Source: a virus (Duplodnaviria > Caudoviricetes). Taken from it: 26,465 nt of DNA. The translations under genes were made by a program, and so were the position numbers. The stretch lies in the IMG/VR virus record IMGVR_UViG_3300031963_000812, positions 1-26,465 of that record; one strand, given 5' to 3'. The notes below the pieces were generated by a model. That model worked only from the letters and a program-made list of their open reading frames with translations. It was not told where the DNA came from and ran no database searches. Positions 16,760-24,947 of this stretch are shown here, in pieces; the stretch's first letter is position 1, and each line of letters opens with the position of its first letter.

Positions 16760-17657
16760 TCAACTGGTAAAAGAAAAAATAAGACTCTTTGAAGAAGTAC
16801 CAAAGAGACTTGAGACTGCTGCCATTAAGACTCAGGCAGAGGCATGGAAAAAGATCCGGCCACTGCTTGATGAGATGGATGTGGATGCATCCGGCAACAT
16901 TGAACAAACCGAGGGTAACATTGCAAGGATTGGGCAGATAGCAGATGAGCTCAAGAAGGTGCTTGCAGGCGGTGAATATCGGGCTGCCGTTAAGGACTTC
17001 CTTGATTCAATTGATGCAGGGGTGCAGCTATCCACAGAGATTGCGCAGAAGTTTGAGGCATCCTTTGAGCCAACAGCGGTGCAGAAGCAACTGCTCCAGA
17101 TATCCAAGCAGAATGCCATCAATACCTTCTTTGGAACAGGCCTTGATCAGAGATTTACTCAGCCATTTCTGGAGCAGCTTACCACCAACATTGCAGCAAG
17201 GGCTCCACTAAGGGAAGCCGTTAAGACATTGGAGGGATTGGTGGAAGGAACTGACACCACCGATGGCAGGCTGCTTGCCAACATAAAGACCACAGCCACC
17301 ACTGCTCAGGCGGTGGCAGATCGCAGCTATTCAGCAGCCATTAATGATGAGCTTGGGCTTGAATGGTTTGAATATCTTGGTGGGGAGATACCTACAACAA
17401 GGCCGTTCTGTGAACATCGGGAGGGTAAGATATTCCACAAGAAAGAGATTGAAGCATGGGGTGATGGCAAGAATAGCGGTGGTATCAGTGACATCAGGAA
17501 CGGCACATGGGCAGGGAGGATAGATGGCACAGATAGTAAGTCAATCTTTACATTAGTGGGTGGATGGAATTGCAGGCACTACCTTGTGCCGGTGCCAGAT
17601 AATAAGGTGCCTGATACAGTTAAGGCAAGGGCCCGATCTGAGGGCTATATTGATTAA
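16746..17657 (+). CDS. Minor head/head morphogenesis protein (MuF/SPP1 gp7-like)
   Basis: Follows the portal; TRPFC...GKIF and GGWNCRH motifs. Confidence 0.8.
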   Translation: MASFDQLVKEKIRLFEEVPKRLETAAIKTQAEAWKKIRPLLDEMDVDASGNIEQTEGNIARIGQIADELKKVLAGGEYRAAVKDFLDSIDAGVQLSTEIAQKFEASFEPTAVQKQLLQISKQNAINTFFGTGLDQRFTQPFLEQLTTNIAARAPLREAVKTLEGLVEGTDTTDGRLLANIKTTATTAQAVADRSYSAAINDELGLEWFEYLGGEIPTTRPFCEHREGKIFHKKEIEAWGDGKNSGGISDIRNGTWAGRIDGTDSKSIFTLVGGWNCRHYLVPVPDNKVPDTVKARARSEGYID

Positions 17658-17688
17658 TTGTTTTACAATTTCAAATTACTTATCTTTG
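17658..17688 (+). promoter_or_regulatory. Bacteroidota-type promoter, 4 nt before ATG 17693
   Basis: TTG (17658-60), N20, TATCTTTG (17681-88). Confidence 0.65.
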
Positions 17689-17692
17689 AGCC

Positions 17693-17926
17693 ATGAGATA
17701 CCTGATCCTTTCAGATGGCAGAATTATTCAAGCCTCCGATGTGGTGGCTGAGTCCATGTTTAAAAGAGGGGCAAGGGAATTGAAACTGCAACCAATTAAC
17801 ACACCTAATATTTATGGCAATCAAACCAGAGGAAGCGATGGAAATACTGAGCTTCCTAAACCTAAACGAAGCAGAAAGCCTGGAAGAGGCAAAGGAGAAA
17901 TTCCAGGAGAACTGGGTAAACAGTAA
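17693..17926 (+). CDS. Hypothetical protein (77 aa) overlapping the scaffold gene
   Basis: ATG at the same 4-nt distance from a promoter box as ORFs 1761 and 2544; fills the gap before the scaffold gene. Confidence 0.55.
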   Translation: MRYLILSDGRIIQASDVVAESMFKRGARELKLQPINTPNIYGNQTRGSDGNTELPKPKRSRKPGRGKGEIPGELGKQ

Positions 17927-18635
17927 AGAGCTAAACGAAAAGATCGGCAAGATCAATGGCACAATTGCTCATGTGGCCAAACGTGCATTTGAACCTTTTG
18001 GAGTAACCTTAACTGAGGAAGATTTCAAGGATAAGAAGGCACAGGATGTGCTGCGCATGGCATCGGAAAAAGCAAGGGATGCATACGAGAAGCAGCAAGA
18101 GGAGTGGCAGCAACGTGCTGATAAGTCAGGATCGGAGGAGCTTGTGAAGGAGTGGGAAAAGAAGTACAAATCTTTAGAGCGCAAGGTAAACGAAGTTGAT
18201 ACAGCCCGGCAAGAAGCCATCAATCAATTTGAGCAATTCAAGCAGAAGATGGCAGAAGAGCAGAAGCAATCTAAGATCAATCACACATTTGAGAAAGAGC
18301 TCTCATCCATCAAGCTTGATCCTTCGGTTAATGAGTTTACCATTAAAGGCTTTAAGGCTACCATCGGAGAGAAGTATGCAATTGATCTGGAAGAGGATGG
18401 CAATGTGTATGTGAAAGATCGCAAAAGCGGTGAGCGATTGAAGTCAAAGGAGAAGGCAGGATCATTCTTGAATCTCTCTGATGTGCTACTTCAAGAGGCC
18501 ACAGCAGCAGGCATCATTATGAAAAATCCGACAGCCGGCCAAAGGGTGGCAAGGCCAGGTGCAATCATTCCACCGATTGAATCCGGCAATGATAAAAAGA
18601 TCAGAGGTATCAATCCAAGATTTTTCAGCAAATGA
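17814..18635 (+). CDS. Capsid scaffolding protein (putative)
   Basis: 273 aa, highly charged E/K/Q coiled coil with a Pro/Gly-rich tail, between minor head and capsid genes. Confidence 0.75.
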   Translation: MAIKPEEAMEILSFLNLNEAESLEEAKEKFQENWVNSKELNEKIGKINGTIAHVAKRAFEPFGVTLTEEDFKDKKAQDVLRMASEKARDAYEKQQEEWQQRADKSGSEELVKEWEKKYKSLERKVNEVDTARQEAINQFEQFKQKMAEEQKQSKINHTFEKELSSIKLDPSVNEFTIKGFKATIGEKYAIDLEEDGNVYVKDRKSGERLKSKEKAGSFLNLSDVLLQEATAAGIIMKNPTAGQRVARPGAIIPPIESGNDKKIRGINPRFFSK

Positions 18636-18787
18636 CAATCAAGCAAGCTTATCAGATATTAAAGCAGCATGCTGAATGGAGGCAAGGTGCCACCACCAGT
18701 CAAGTTGATCCTAAAGATTTGACTAAAGCAATTGATATTATATTGGTATATTTAAACAATAAAATTTTTAACCATGCCAATTTATGA
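18632..18787 (+). CDS. Small hypothetical protein (51 aa), not in the ORF track
   Basis: MTIKQAYQILKQHAEWRQGATTSQVDPKDLTKAIDIILVYLNNKIFNHANL; ATGA overlap with the scaffold stop. Confidence 0.7.
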   Translation: MTIKQAYQILKQHAEWRQGATTSQVDPKDLTKAIDIILVYLNNKIFNHANL

Positions 18788-19046
18788 AGGGTACAATGTA
18801 ACAGCCTCTGATCGGGCTGATAAAAAATACAAGGCCACTGATGATGATGGCAATGAGATTCACTTTGGTGCATCGGGCTACCGTATCAAGCCGGGCACTG
18901 ATGCAGGAAATTCATATTGTGCCAGGAGTGCAGGCATTCCTGCTCCCAAAGGATCAGCCAATTGGTGGGCAAGGCAGCTCTGGAGCTGTGAGGGAAAAAG
19001 ATCGGTTGATGAAAGACCTTTTTTTGGAAAGATAGATTTACCTTAG
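18774..19046 (+). CDS. Conserved small viral protein (DUF5754/DUF6321-like pattern)
   Basis: KKYK...IHFGASGY...SYCARSAGI...SANWWARQLWSC pattern. Confidence 0.7.
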   Translation: MPIYEGYNVTASDRADKKYKATDDDGNEIHFGASGYRIKPGTDAGNSYCARSAGIPAPKGSANWWARQLWSCEGKRSVDERPFFGKIDLP

Positions 19047-19123
19047 TACATTTGCAGCCGAGACTGTTTTTTTAGTTTGTTCTGATTTTGGATTAAAGGG
19101 CCGCAGCAATGTGGCCCTTAATT
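19047..19123 (+). ncRNA. Putative small RNA unit 1 (promoter box + U-rich region + GCAA-loop hairpin)
   Basis: TACATTTG at 19047-54 (TTG at 19024-26); hairpin AAGGGCCGCA-GCAA-TGTGGCCCTT at 19096-19119; no ORF. Confidence 0.55.
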
Positions 19124-19126
19124 ATT

Positions 19127-19199
19127 TATATTTGTCTCAAGTATTGTCATACTTATAGTTTGGGCAAAAGGGCTTGCAGAAATGCAGGCCCTTGACTTT
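19127..19199 (+). ncRNA. Putative small RNA unit 2 (promoter box + U-rich region + GAAA-loop hairpin)
   Basis: TATATTTG at 19127-34; hairpin AAGGGCTTGCA-GAAA-TGCAGGCCCTT at 19168-19193; shares TAGTTTG with unit 1. Confidence 0.55.
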
Positions 19200-19223
19200 A
19201 TGTAATATTATTTACTATCTTTG
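19192..19223 (+). promoter_or_regulatory. Bacteroidota-type promoter of the major capsid gene
   Basis: TTG (19192-94), N21, TATCTTTG (19216-23). Confidence 0.65.
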
Positions 19224-19264
19224 TGCTTCTGTGATGACGTAGTGAGCACACACTTAAATGTGCA

Positions 19265-19306
19265 ATGTAGGCAGAACCTTGCAGCCTAATAATGTAAGGC
19301 AAACCA
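19265..19306 (+). ncRNA. Putative H-type pseudoknot in the 5' leader of the major capsid gene
   Basis: S1 TAGGC(19268-72)/GCCTA(19284-88); S2 CCTTGCA(19277-83)/TGTAAGG(19293-99) with one G-U pair. Confidence 0.55.
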
Positions 19307-19320
19307 TTTACATTTTAACT

Positions 19321-20364
19321 ATGTCAATTTCACGTATTCTTTCAGAATGCCCTAATGTTCAGATGTCCTTATCTGAACTATTCATTGAGGTGGGCCAAAG
19401 AGAGCAACTTCCATTCTTGGAATTCTTGTTGTCTCCAGAAAATTCAAAACTAATCCGCACTGAGGTATCTCCCGGAGGCGGTAAATTAAAAACCGTTCAG
19501 GCACGTTGGATTCAGCGTTTGCCTGAATCAGAAGTAACTGAGGGTGGTGACATCCTTACTTGTACTTCTGAGAACACTTATGGTGACAGCACTACCACTT
19601 ACACTGTGGACACCACTGATACTTATGTTGCATCACAGCTCATCAATGCTGCTGACATCGCTCGCCATTGCCAGGAGAATTCTCGCTATGTGCTTGAGTC
19701 AGTTATGCGCTTGATGGATGTGATTGATCGCAAGGTTGCCTCTGCTGCTGCCACTCAAGCTGTTGCTGAGACTGGTGCATGGGGTACTGATGTGGAAGAT
19801 TTCTACACAGTATCTTCTGACTGCTTGCAGATTGCTACCATGAACGGCGCAACTGAGCCGAATCCATTTGCAATTGCTGACATTCAGCAGGCAACACGTA
19901 TGGCTAACTATCCTGGTGCTCCTGTGGCATTCGGTGGTGCTGCCATGCAGCGTTATGCCAATGCAATGGCTGCTGGCTGCTGCTCACAGTATGGCTTGGA
20001 TCTTCTTGCCATCACTCAGCAGAACGGCTTTGGCTTCGCTTATGATGCACGTTTAGCTGCTGCTCAGGGATCTCAAACTAAGGCATTGGTGACTACTGCC
20101 GGAGCAATCCAGTGGCTATCATTCAACCTTGCTGATTGGAACACTGGCATCACTCCAGTGGCAGGAAGCAACTACTCTAAGACTTTGGTGTTCACACCGG
20201 CAGGAGTACCTTGCGACCTTACCATGAAGGATGATTGCGGTAACTTATCAATTGTATTGACTACAACTGGTAAGATCGTAACATTGCCGACTGACATCTA
20301 TGAGGCTGCTGATAAATTCGCAGGTGTGAACTATGTGAATTGCGTAAGCATTGTTAATCCATAG
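19321..20364 (+). CDS. Major capsid protein (putative; start moved to ATG 19321)
   Basis: 347 aa downstream of the scaffold, with its own promoter and terminator; many GCT/ACT/GGT codons suggest high expression. Confidence 0.8.
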   Translation: MSISRILSECPNVQMSLSELFIEVGQREQLPFLEFLLSPENSKLIRTEVSPGGGKLKTVQARWIQRLPESEVTEGGDILTCTSENTYGDSTTTYTVDTTDTYVASQLINAADIARHCQENSRYVLESVMRLMDVIDRKVASAAATQAVAETGAWGTDVEDFYTVSSDCLQIATMNGATEPNPFAIADIQQATRMANYPGAPVAFGGAAMQRYANAMAAGCCSQYGLDLLAITQQNGFGFAYDARLAAAQGSQTKALVTTAGAIQWLSFNLADWNTGITPVAGSNYSKTLVFTPAGVPCDLTMKDDCGNLSIVLTTTGKIVTLPTDIYEAADKFAGVNYVNCVSIVNP

Positions 20365-20380
20365 GGGTGATTGATTAACT

Positions 20381-20415
20381 AAAAAGAGGGCTGCCATGTG
20401 CGGCCCTTTTTTTTT
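20381..20415 (+). terminator. Rho-independent terminator after the major capsid gene
   Basis: AGGGCTGC-CATGT-GCGGCCCT followed by a long T run; upstream A run. Confidence 0.85.
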
Positions 20416-20422
20416 ATCTTTG
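20415..20422 (+). promoter_or_regulatory. TAnnTTTG box directly after the terminator
   Basis: TATCTTTG, 14 nt before ATG 20437. Confidence 0.6.
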
Positions 20423-20436
20423 TAAAAAACAAGCAG

Positions 20437-21483
20437 ATGTGCATTGAATCTTTACTTGGATTAAGAGGCTGTGATTCAGCCGAACCATCCACAGGCTTAT
20501 ACATTGATGAGCTTGGAATCAACACTACATTTTTGGGGCAGCTCATCACTGATCAATATGATCAGGGTAAGCAGCTATTTGAAGATAAGAGGGCCTTTGC
20601 ATGGCGCAAGCTGTCATCTGATGTGCTCACCAGGCTGACACCAATGATGAAGTCTGACACTGTGATCGAAGGCAAGAGGGTGGGCCATGTGCTCACCAAT
20701 TATGCCAATGTGCAGACTGCCCTTGGTGCCGGTAACTATGCCGGAATCAGATTAAAGATTGATCCCAATAGTTTGGCATTCTTAAATTTTTATTTGGCCG
20801 ATATCAATCTTGCCATTGATGCTGCCAATACCAATGTGCCTGTGCTGATCTTTGACATGATCACAGGCAAGCTGATTGAGACCATCACTTATGCAGAGGG
20901 AGGCCTTGATCAATTCTTAGGTAAGACATTCACATCAGCCAGGCGCAAGCTTGACATCGCCATTGTTTATGAGATGACCATGAATGCTGCCAAGTTTATC
21001 ACTAAGAAGGGTGCCTGCATGAGCTGTGGTGGTGGAGTGAGAGAGGCTCACATCTGCCCATTTGTGGATGCAGTGGGGATTGAATTGACTACCAATGGAA
21101 CTGATGTATTGAGCTCATCGAATCAGAAGTACACTGGAGGGATGTCTCTTAACTACAATGTTAATTGTGACAGGCAAGGGTGGCTGTGCTCAATCGGTGG
21201 GCTGATGGCTCTGCCTTTGGCCTATGCCACAGCGGTTGAGATTTACAACTATGCACTGACAGTGAGCCCAAATCAAAGGGTTAATACCACAGTGACCATC
21301 AACAGAGGGCAGAAACCTTTTGCAACTGCCGATGCCTTTGAGGGTATTGTGGCTGCCAGAGATATTGCTGCTACCAGATACGGTGAGGAGCTTGGAGCCA
21401 TGCTCCAGAATATGAGGCTGCCTGATGACAATCACTGTTGGGATTGCCGCAAAAACATGAAGTACGTAACTGCCCTTCCATAA
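20437..21483 (+). CDS. Head-tail adaptor/head completion protein (putative; start moved to ATG 20437)
   Basis: First gene after the capsid; helical termini with a beta-rich insert; CMSC and CWDC motifs. Confidence 0.55.
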   Translation: MCIESLLGLRGCDSAEPSTGLYIDELGINTTFLGQLITDQYDQGKQLFEDKRAFAWRKLSSDVLTRLTPMMKSDTVIEGKRVGHVLTNYANVQTALGAGNYAGIRLKIDPNSLAFLNFYLADINLAIDAANTNVPVLIFDMITGKLIETITYAEGGLDQFLGKTFTSARRKLDIAIVYEMTMNAAKFITKKGACMSCGGGVREAHICPFVDAVGIELTTNGTDVLSSSNQKYTGGMSLNYNVNCDRQGWLCSIGGLMALPLAYATAVEIYNYALTVSPNQRVNTTVTINRGQKPFATADAFEGIVAARDIAATRYGEELGAMLQNMRLPDDNHCWDCRKNMKYVTALP

Positions 21484-22040
21484 TGGCCACACCTGCTGAG
21501 ATTGAACAGAGCTTAAACAGCTTGTATGAGGGATGGACATCTAAGTTCACTCCTTTATATTCGGCAGTACGTGAGATGAAGCGGATCATGTTTAAGCGGA
21601 TTTTTGGCACTGGCTCAAAGGGTGGCACCAATACGGCAGGAGATAAGCTACCAACCAAGCCATACAGCACAACTCCAATTTATGTAAGTCCAAGATCATT
21701 GGCTTCAGCACCATCGAAGTATAAGAAGGGTAAGACAGGAGAGCCCATTGAGTCCTTATATTTTTCGGGCGGTTATGCCGAACTCAAGACAGGCACATCA
21801 AGAAAGCTGCCGCTTGAATTAACCGGCAAATTAAAGGGTGGATTCTTGGCATCTGAGGTATTGACTGAGGGCCTTGAGGCTGCTATATTGATACCAACAG
21901 ATCAGGTTCCCAAGATTGATGGATTGGAAGCTAAGTACGGCCCAATCTTTCTGCCGACAAAAGAAGAGCAGGAGGAGATGCTGCAAGATCATGCCAATCA
22001 AATAGTCGAACAGATTATAAATGCAATGAATAAACGATGA
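21483..22040 (+). CDS. Neck/tail completion protein (putative; start moved to ATG 21483)
   Basis: TAATG overlap; basic protein with LELTGKLK motif and amphipathic C-terminal helix typical of virion morphogenesis proteins. Confidence 0.55.
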   Translation: MATPAEIEQSLNSLYEGWTSKFTPLYSAVREMKRIMFKRIFGTGSKGGTNTAGDKLPTKPYSTTPIYVSPRSLASAPSKYKKGKTGEPIESLYFSGGYAELKTGTSRKLPLELTGKLKGGFLASEVLTEGLEAAILIPTDQVPKIDGLEAKYGPIFLPTKEEQEEMLQDHANQIVEQIINAMNKR

Positions 22041-24697
22041 ATTTACTATCTACCATAATTGACAGATTGAATCAACGCATTGAGGTGGGCAATATCTTTG
22101 ATCAGATATACGGCCTGTCAGAGCTTGCGGCTGATGGCAATGACAAAGCATGGATTCACTACATCGGCAATGGGCAGGCAATACCTGTGACAAATTTCGA
22201 TGCTAAACAGGGCACCTTATTCTGGGCCAAGCGTGGTAAGATATCAGTCAATAAGATTGAGTCATTCAGATTGGCAGGGTGCAAATCAATGTATGAGACC
22301 AGATACAGCCTATCTGCCAATGCAGTGGTACGCAAGAGCCATCTGCCATGTGACTCTGCTGATGCACAGGATTGGATTGCATCAAGGGTGCTTAAGTTAA
22401 TAAGCGGAACCGATCCGCAATTTAAGACAGCCATTGGTGTGGTGTCTTATGAGGTGGTGCCCAATGGGTACACTAATGAGATCAAAAGCCTGCCTGCAAA
22501 TTATGAGTGGGCATCTGTTACAATTGATGTTGATATTAACGTGGTAAGCGGCAGTGAGGATGGCTGCTATGATACATGTGCCACAGGTGACATACCACTG
22601 CCTGACTTTGAGCCATGCACACCTTGTTTGACTGAGGTGGCTGTTGATGGGGTGACAATCACCGGCAACGGTACACCTGCCGATCCACTTGTGGCCATCG
22701 GAGGTGGAGGCAGCACACCACTTAGAACGCAAGATGAAGGGGTGAATGTCAGCACCAATACCACCACATTGAACTTCACAGGGGCAGGAGTGACTGCCTC
22801 ATTAACTTCGCCAGGTGTGGTGCAGGTTAATGTGCCAGGCGGAGGCGGAGGTGGTGGTGTCACATCTGTGACAGGCACAGCACCGATTGCCTCAAGCGGT
22901 GGTGCTACTCCAGACATCTCAATCACTCAAGCTGATGCCACCACTGATGGCTATCTTAGTTCGGCAGATTGGGCCACATTCGATGGCAAGCAAGATCAGC
23001 TCACAGCCGGCACAGGAATAAGTATAACAGGTGTCACAATTGATAATACAGCACCAGATCAGATTGTATCATTAACGGCAGGCACAGGCATCAGCACATC
23101 AGGTACTTATCCAAATTTCACCATTGATAATACAGCACCAGATCAGGTGGTGAGCATAACAGGTGGCACAGATATAACTGTGACCGGCACCTATCCATCA
23201 TTCACCATTGACAGCACAGCAGCAACAGGTATGCAGGGGGGCACAGCCAGTGGCACTGATACTTACACCGTATCAATTCCTGGTGTGACTTCTTACAATA
23301 CCAATGATGCATATGCCATTGGATTCACCAATGCCAACACAGGTGCATCCACTTTAAATATTAACGGCCTTGGAGCTGTCAATATATCAAAGAATAATGT
23401 GGTGCCAATTATTGGAGGAGACATTGCTGCAAATCAGCAATTCATTGCCATTTATGATGGTACAAACTTTCAGCTTTTAGGTGTCGCACCCAATCAGATG
23501 TTTGCATACATCACCAATGCAGACAGTGTGACTATTAACAGAGGTCAGCCAGTCTATGCCTTTGGTGCAACTGGAGATCGTATGACTGTTAAGCTTGCCA
23601 ATAATACATCAGAGGCTACAAGTTCCAAGACTGTTGGCTTAGTTTTTAGCAGCTCAATTGGGCCGAATCAAAAAGGCTACATCATAACTCAAGGGGTAAT
23701 TGATGGTATAAATACAAATGCTTACACAGCAGGAGATACTCTTTACGTAGGCAATACAGCAGGAGCACTCACAAACGTGCTGCCATTGGCACCTAATCAC
23801 TTGACCAGGATCGGAATTGTGGAAAGGGCCAATGCAGGCAATGGTCAGATTTATGTATTTGTGCAGAATGGCTTTCAGCTTGATGAGCTGTCAGATGTGG
23901 ACATCACTACCACACCACTTGCCAATAATCAATTTTTAGTTTATACCACTGGTGTAAACAACCTTTGGAAAAATAGAACTTTGGGCAATGTGCTTGGTGG
24001 CACCACATCAGAATATCTGAGAGGGGATGGCAGCCTTGCAACCTTCCCGACAATTCCAACAGGCACAGTGACATCTGTGGGTCTAACCATGCCTGCTGCA
24101 TTTACGGTGGCCAATAGTCCTGTGACCACATCAGGAACATTGGCTGTGACAGGAGCAGGAACCACAGCGGAGTACATCAGAGGCGATGGCACACTTGCAA
24201 CCTTCCCTACCATACCGGCTGCTTCGGTAGTTTACAAATCTGCCATAAGTTCGGCAACGCATACAGGTACAGCCAACACTGTTAAATATACTCAGCTAAT
24301 TCCTGCCAATACATTTGCAGCAGGTGATGTGGTAAGAATAACTTACAGAACGGCTAAAACAGGAACGGCAAATTCAATGACCTTGCGCATCTATGCCAAT
24401 GCAACTCCTGACCTTAGCGGCTCACCAATCTTGCTTGGATCGCATCAGAATGCAGGAGCACCATCATTCTTGGTTAATCAGATGATCAGACATCTTGCAA
24501 TTAAAACTGCTAATAATAACACAGAGGTGTACTTTGCGCCCGGCTTAGGTGTGGCTACCGATTACGGCTTATACGATTTAACCACTACGGCAGCGGTAAA
24601 CTGGACACAGCAGCAATACATTGTGTTTGCATTGCAGCTTAATACAAGTGGGGCAGACGTAACCTTTGGAAGTTTTTACATGATTGAAAAACCGTAA
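22037..24697 (+). CDS. Fibre-like structural protein with a globular N-terminal domain (possibly tail terminator-like)
   Basis: 886 aa: about 175-aa globular N-terminus, Cys-rich linker, then Thr/Gly-rich repeats typical of phage fibres (GGVTSVTGTAPI, DGYLSSADW..F..KQ, GTVTSVGL, YLRGDGS). Confidence 0.75.
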   Translation: MNLLSTIIDRLNQRIEVGNIFDQIYGLSELAADGNDKAWIHYIGNGQAIPVTNFDAKQGTLFWAKRGKISVNKIESFRLAGCKSMYETRYSLSANAVVRKSHLPCDSADAQDWIASRVLKLISGTDPQFKTAIGVVSYEVVPNGYTNEIKSLPANYEWASVTIDVDINVVSGSEDGCYDTCATGDIPLPDFEPCTPCLTEVAVDGVTITGNGTPADPLVAIGGGGSTPLRTQDEGVNVSTNTTTLNFTGAGVTASLTSPGVVQVNVPGGGGGGGVTSVTGTAPIASSGGATPDISITQADATTDGYLSSADWATFDGKQDQLTAGTGISITGVTIDNTAPDQIVSLTAGTGISTSGTYPNFTIDNTAPDQVVSITGGTDITVTGTYPSFTIDSTAATGMQGGTASGTDTYTVSIPGVTSYNTNDAYAIGFTNANTGASTLNINGLGAVNISKNNVVPIIGGDIAANQQFIAIYDGTNFQLLGVAPNQMFAYITNADSVTINRGQPVYAFGATGDRMTVKLANNTSEATSSKTVGLVFSSSIGPNQKGYIITQGVIDGINTNAYTAGDTLYVGNTAGALTNVLPLAPNHLTRIGIVERANAGNGQIYVFVQNGFQLDELSDVDITTTPLANNQFLVYTTGVNNLWKNRTLGNVLGGTTSEYLRGDGSLATFPTIPTGTVTSVGLTMPAAFTVANSPVTTSGTLAVTGAGTTAEYIRGDGTLATFPTIPAASVVYKSAISSATHTGTANTVKYTQLIPANTFAAGDVVRITYRTAKTGTANSMTLRIYANATPDLSGSPILLGSHQNAGAPSFLVNQMIRHLAIKTANNNTEVYFAPGLGVATDYGLYDLTTTAAVNWTQQQYIVFALQLNTSGADVTFGSFYMIEKP
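23039..23146 (+). repeat. 84-nt period coding repeat within the fibre gene
   Basis: ATTGATAATACAGCACCAGATCAG is identical at 23039-62 and 23123-46; 28-aa unit (TIDNTAPDQ..S.T.GT.I...GTYP.F). Confidence 0.85.
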
Positions 24698-24699
24698 AC

Positions 24700-24924
24700 A
24701 TGAATAATATCAATATTACATCAACACATATTGAATTTGTAAGCACAGCCAGTGGTATAATATCAACCAATCTGATTGATCCTAAGTGGGAAACTGTTGA
24801 TGACAATACCTTCCATGTGATCACTGAGCAGGGTGTATATCTGCTTACATTGACTGAGAATACTATAAACGGTCAAACCTACACAAGCTCAGTTGATTTA
24901 ATTGAGTATCTAAATAATTTGTAA
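24700..24924 (+). CDS. Small hypothetical protein, fibre-associated by position
   Basis: 74 aa, starts 2 nt after the fibre gene stop. Confidence 0.65.
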   Translation: MNNINITSTHIEFVSTASGIISTNLIDPKWETVDDNTFHVITEQGVYLLTLTENTINGQTYTSSVDLIEYLNNL

Positions 24925-24929
24925 ATTTG
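24902..24929 (+). promoter_or_regulatory. Possible promoter for the fibre/lysis segment
   Basis: TTG (24902-04), N17, TAAATTTG (24922-29). Confidence 0.5.
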
Positions 24930-24947
24930 TAAATAAACAAACCAATT

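Noticed and set aside
19047-19199. Mini-CRISPR array interpretation of the two similar hairpins
   Set aside because: Only two imperfect copies, each with its own promoter box, and no cas genes in the window.
19258-19320. N-terminal extension of the capsid ORF from ATG 19258
   Set aside because: It runs through the structured leader; ATG 19321 has the AU-rich context typical of this genome.
20398-20436. GTG start at 20398 for the adaptor gene
   Set aside because: It lies inside the terminator hairpin and upstream of the promoter box; ATG 20437 is preferred.
23039-24220. Diversity-generating retroelement TR/VR pair in the fibre gene
   Set aside because: The repeats are in-frame protein module duplications, differences are not adenine-specific, and no reverse transcriptase is present.
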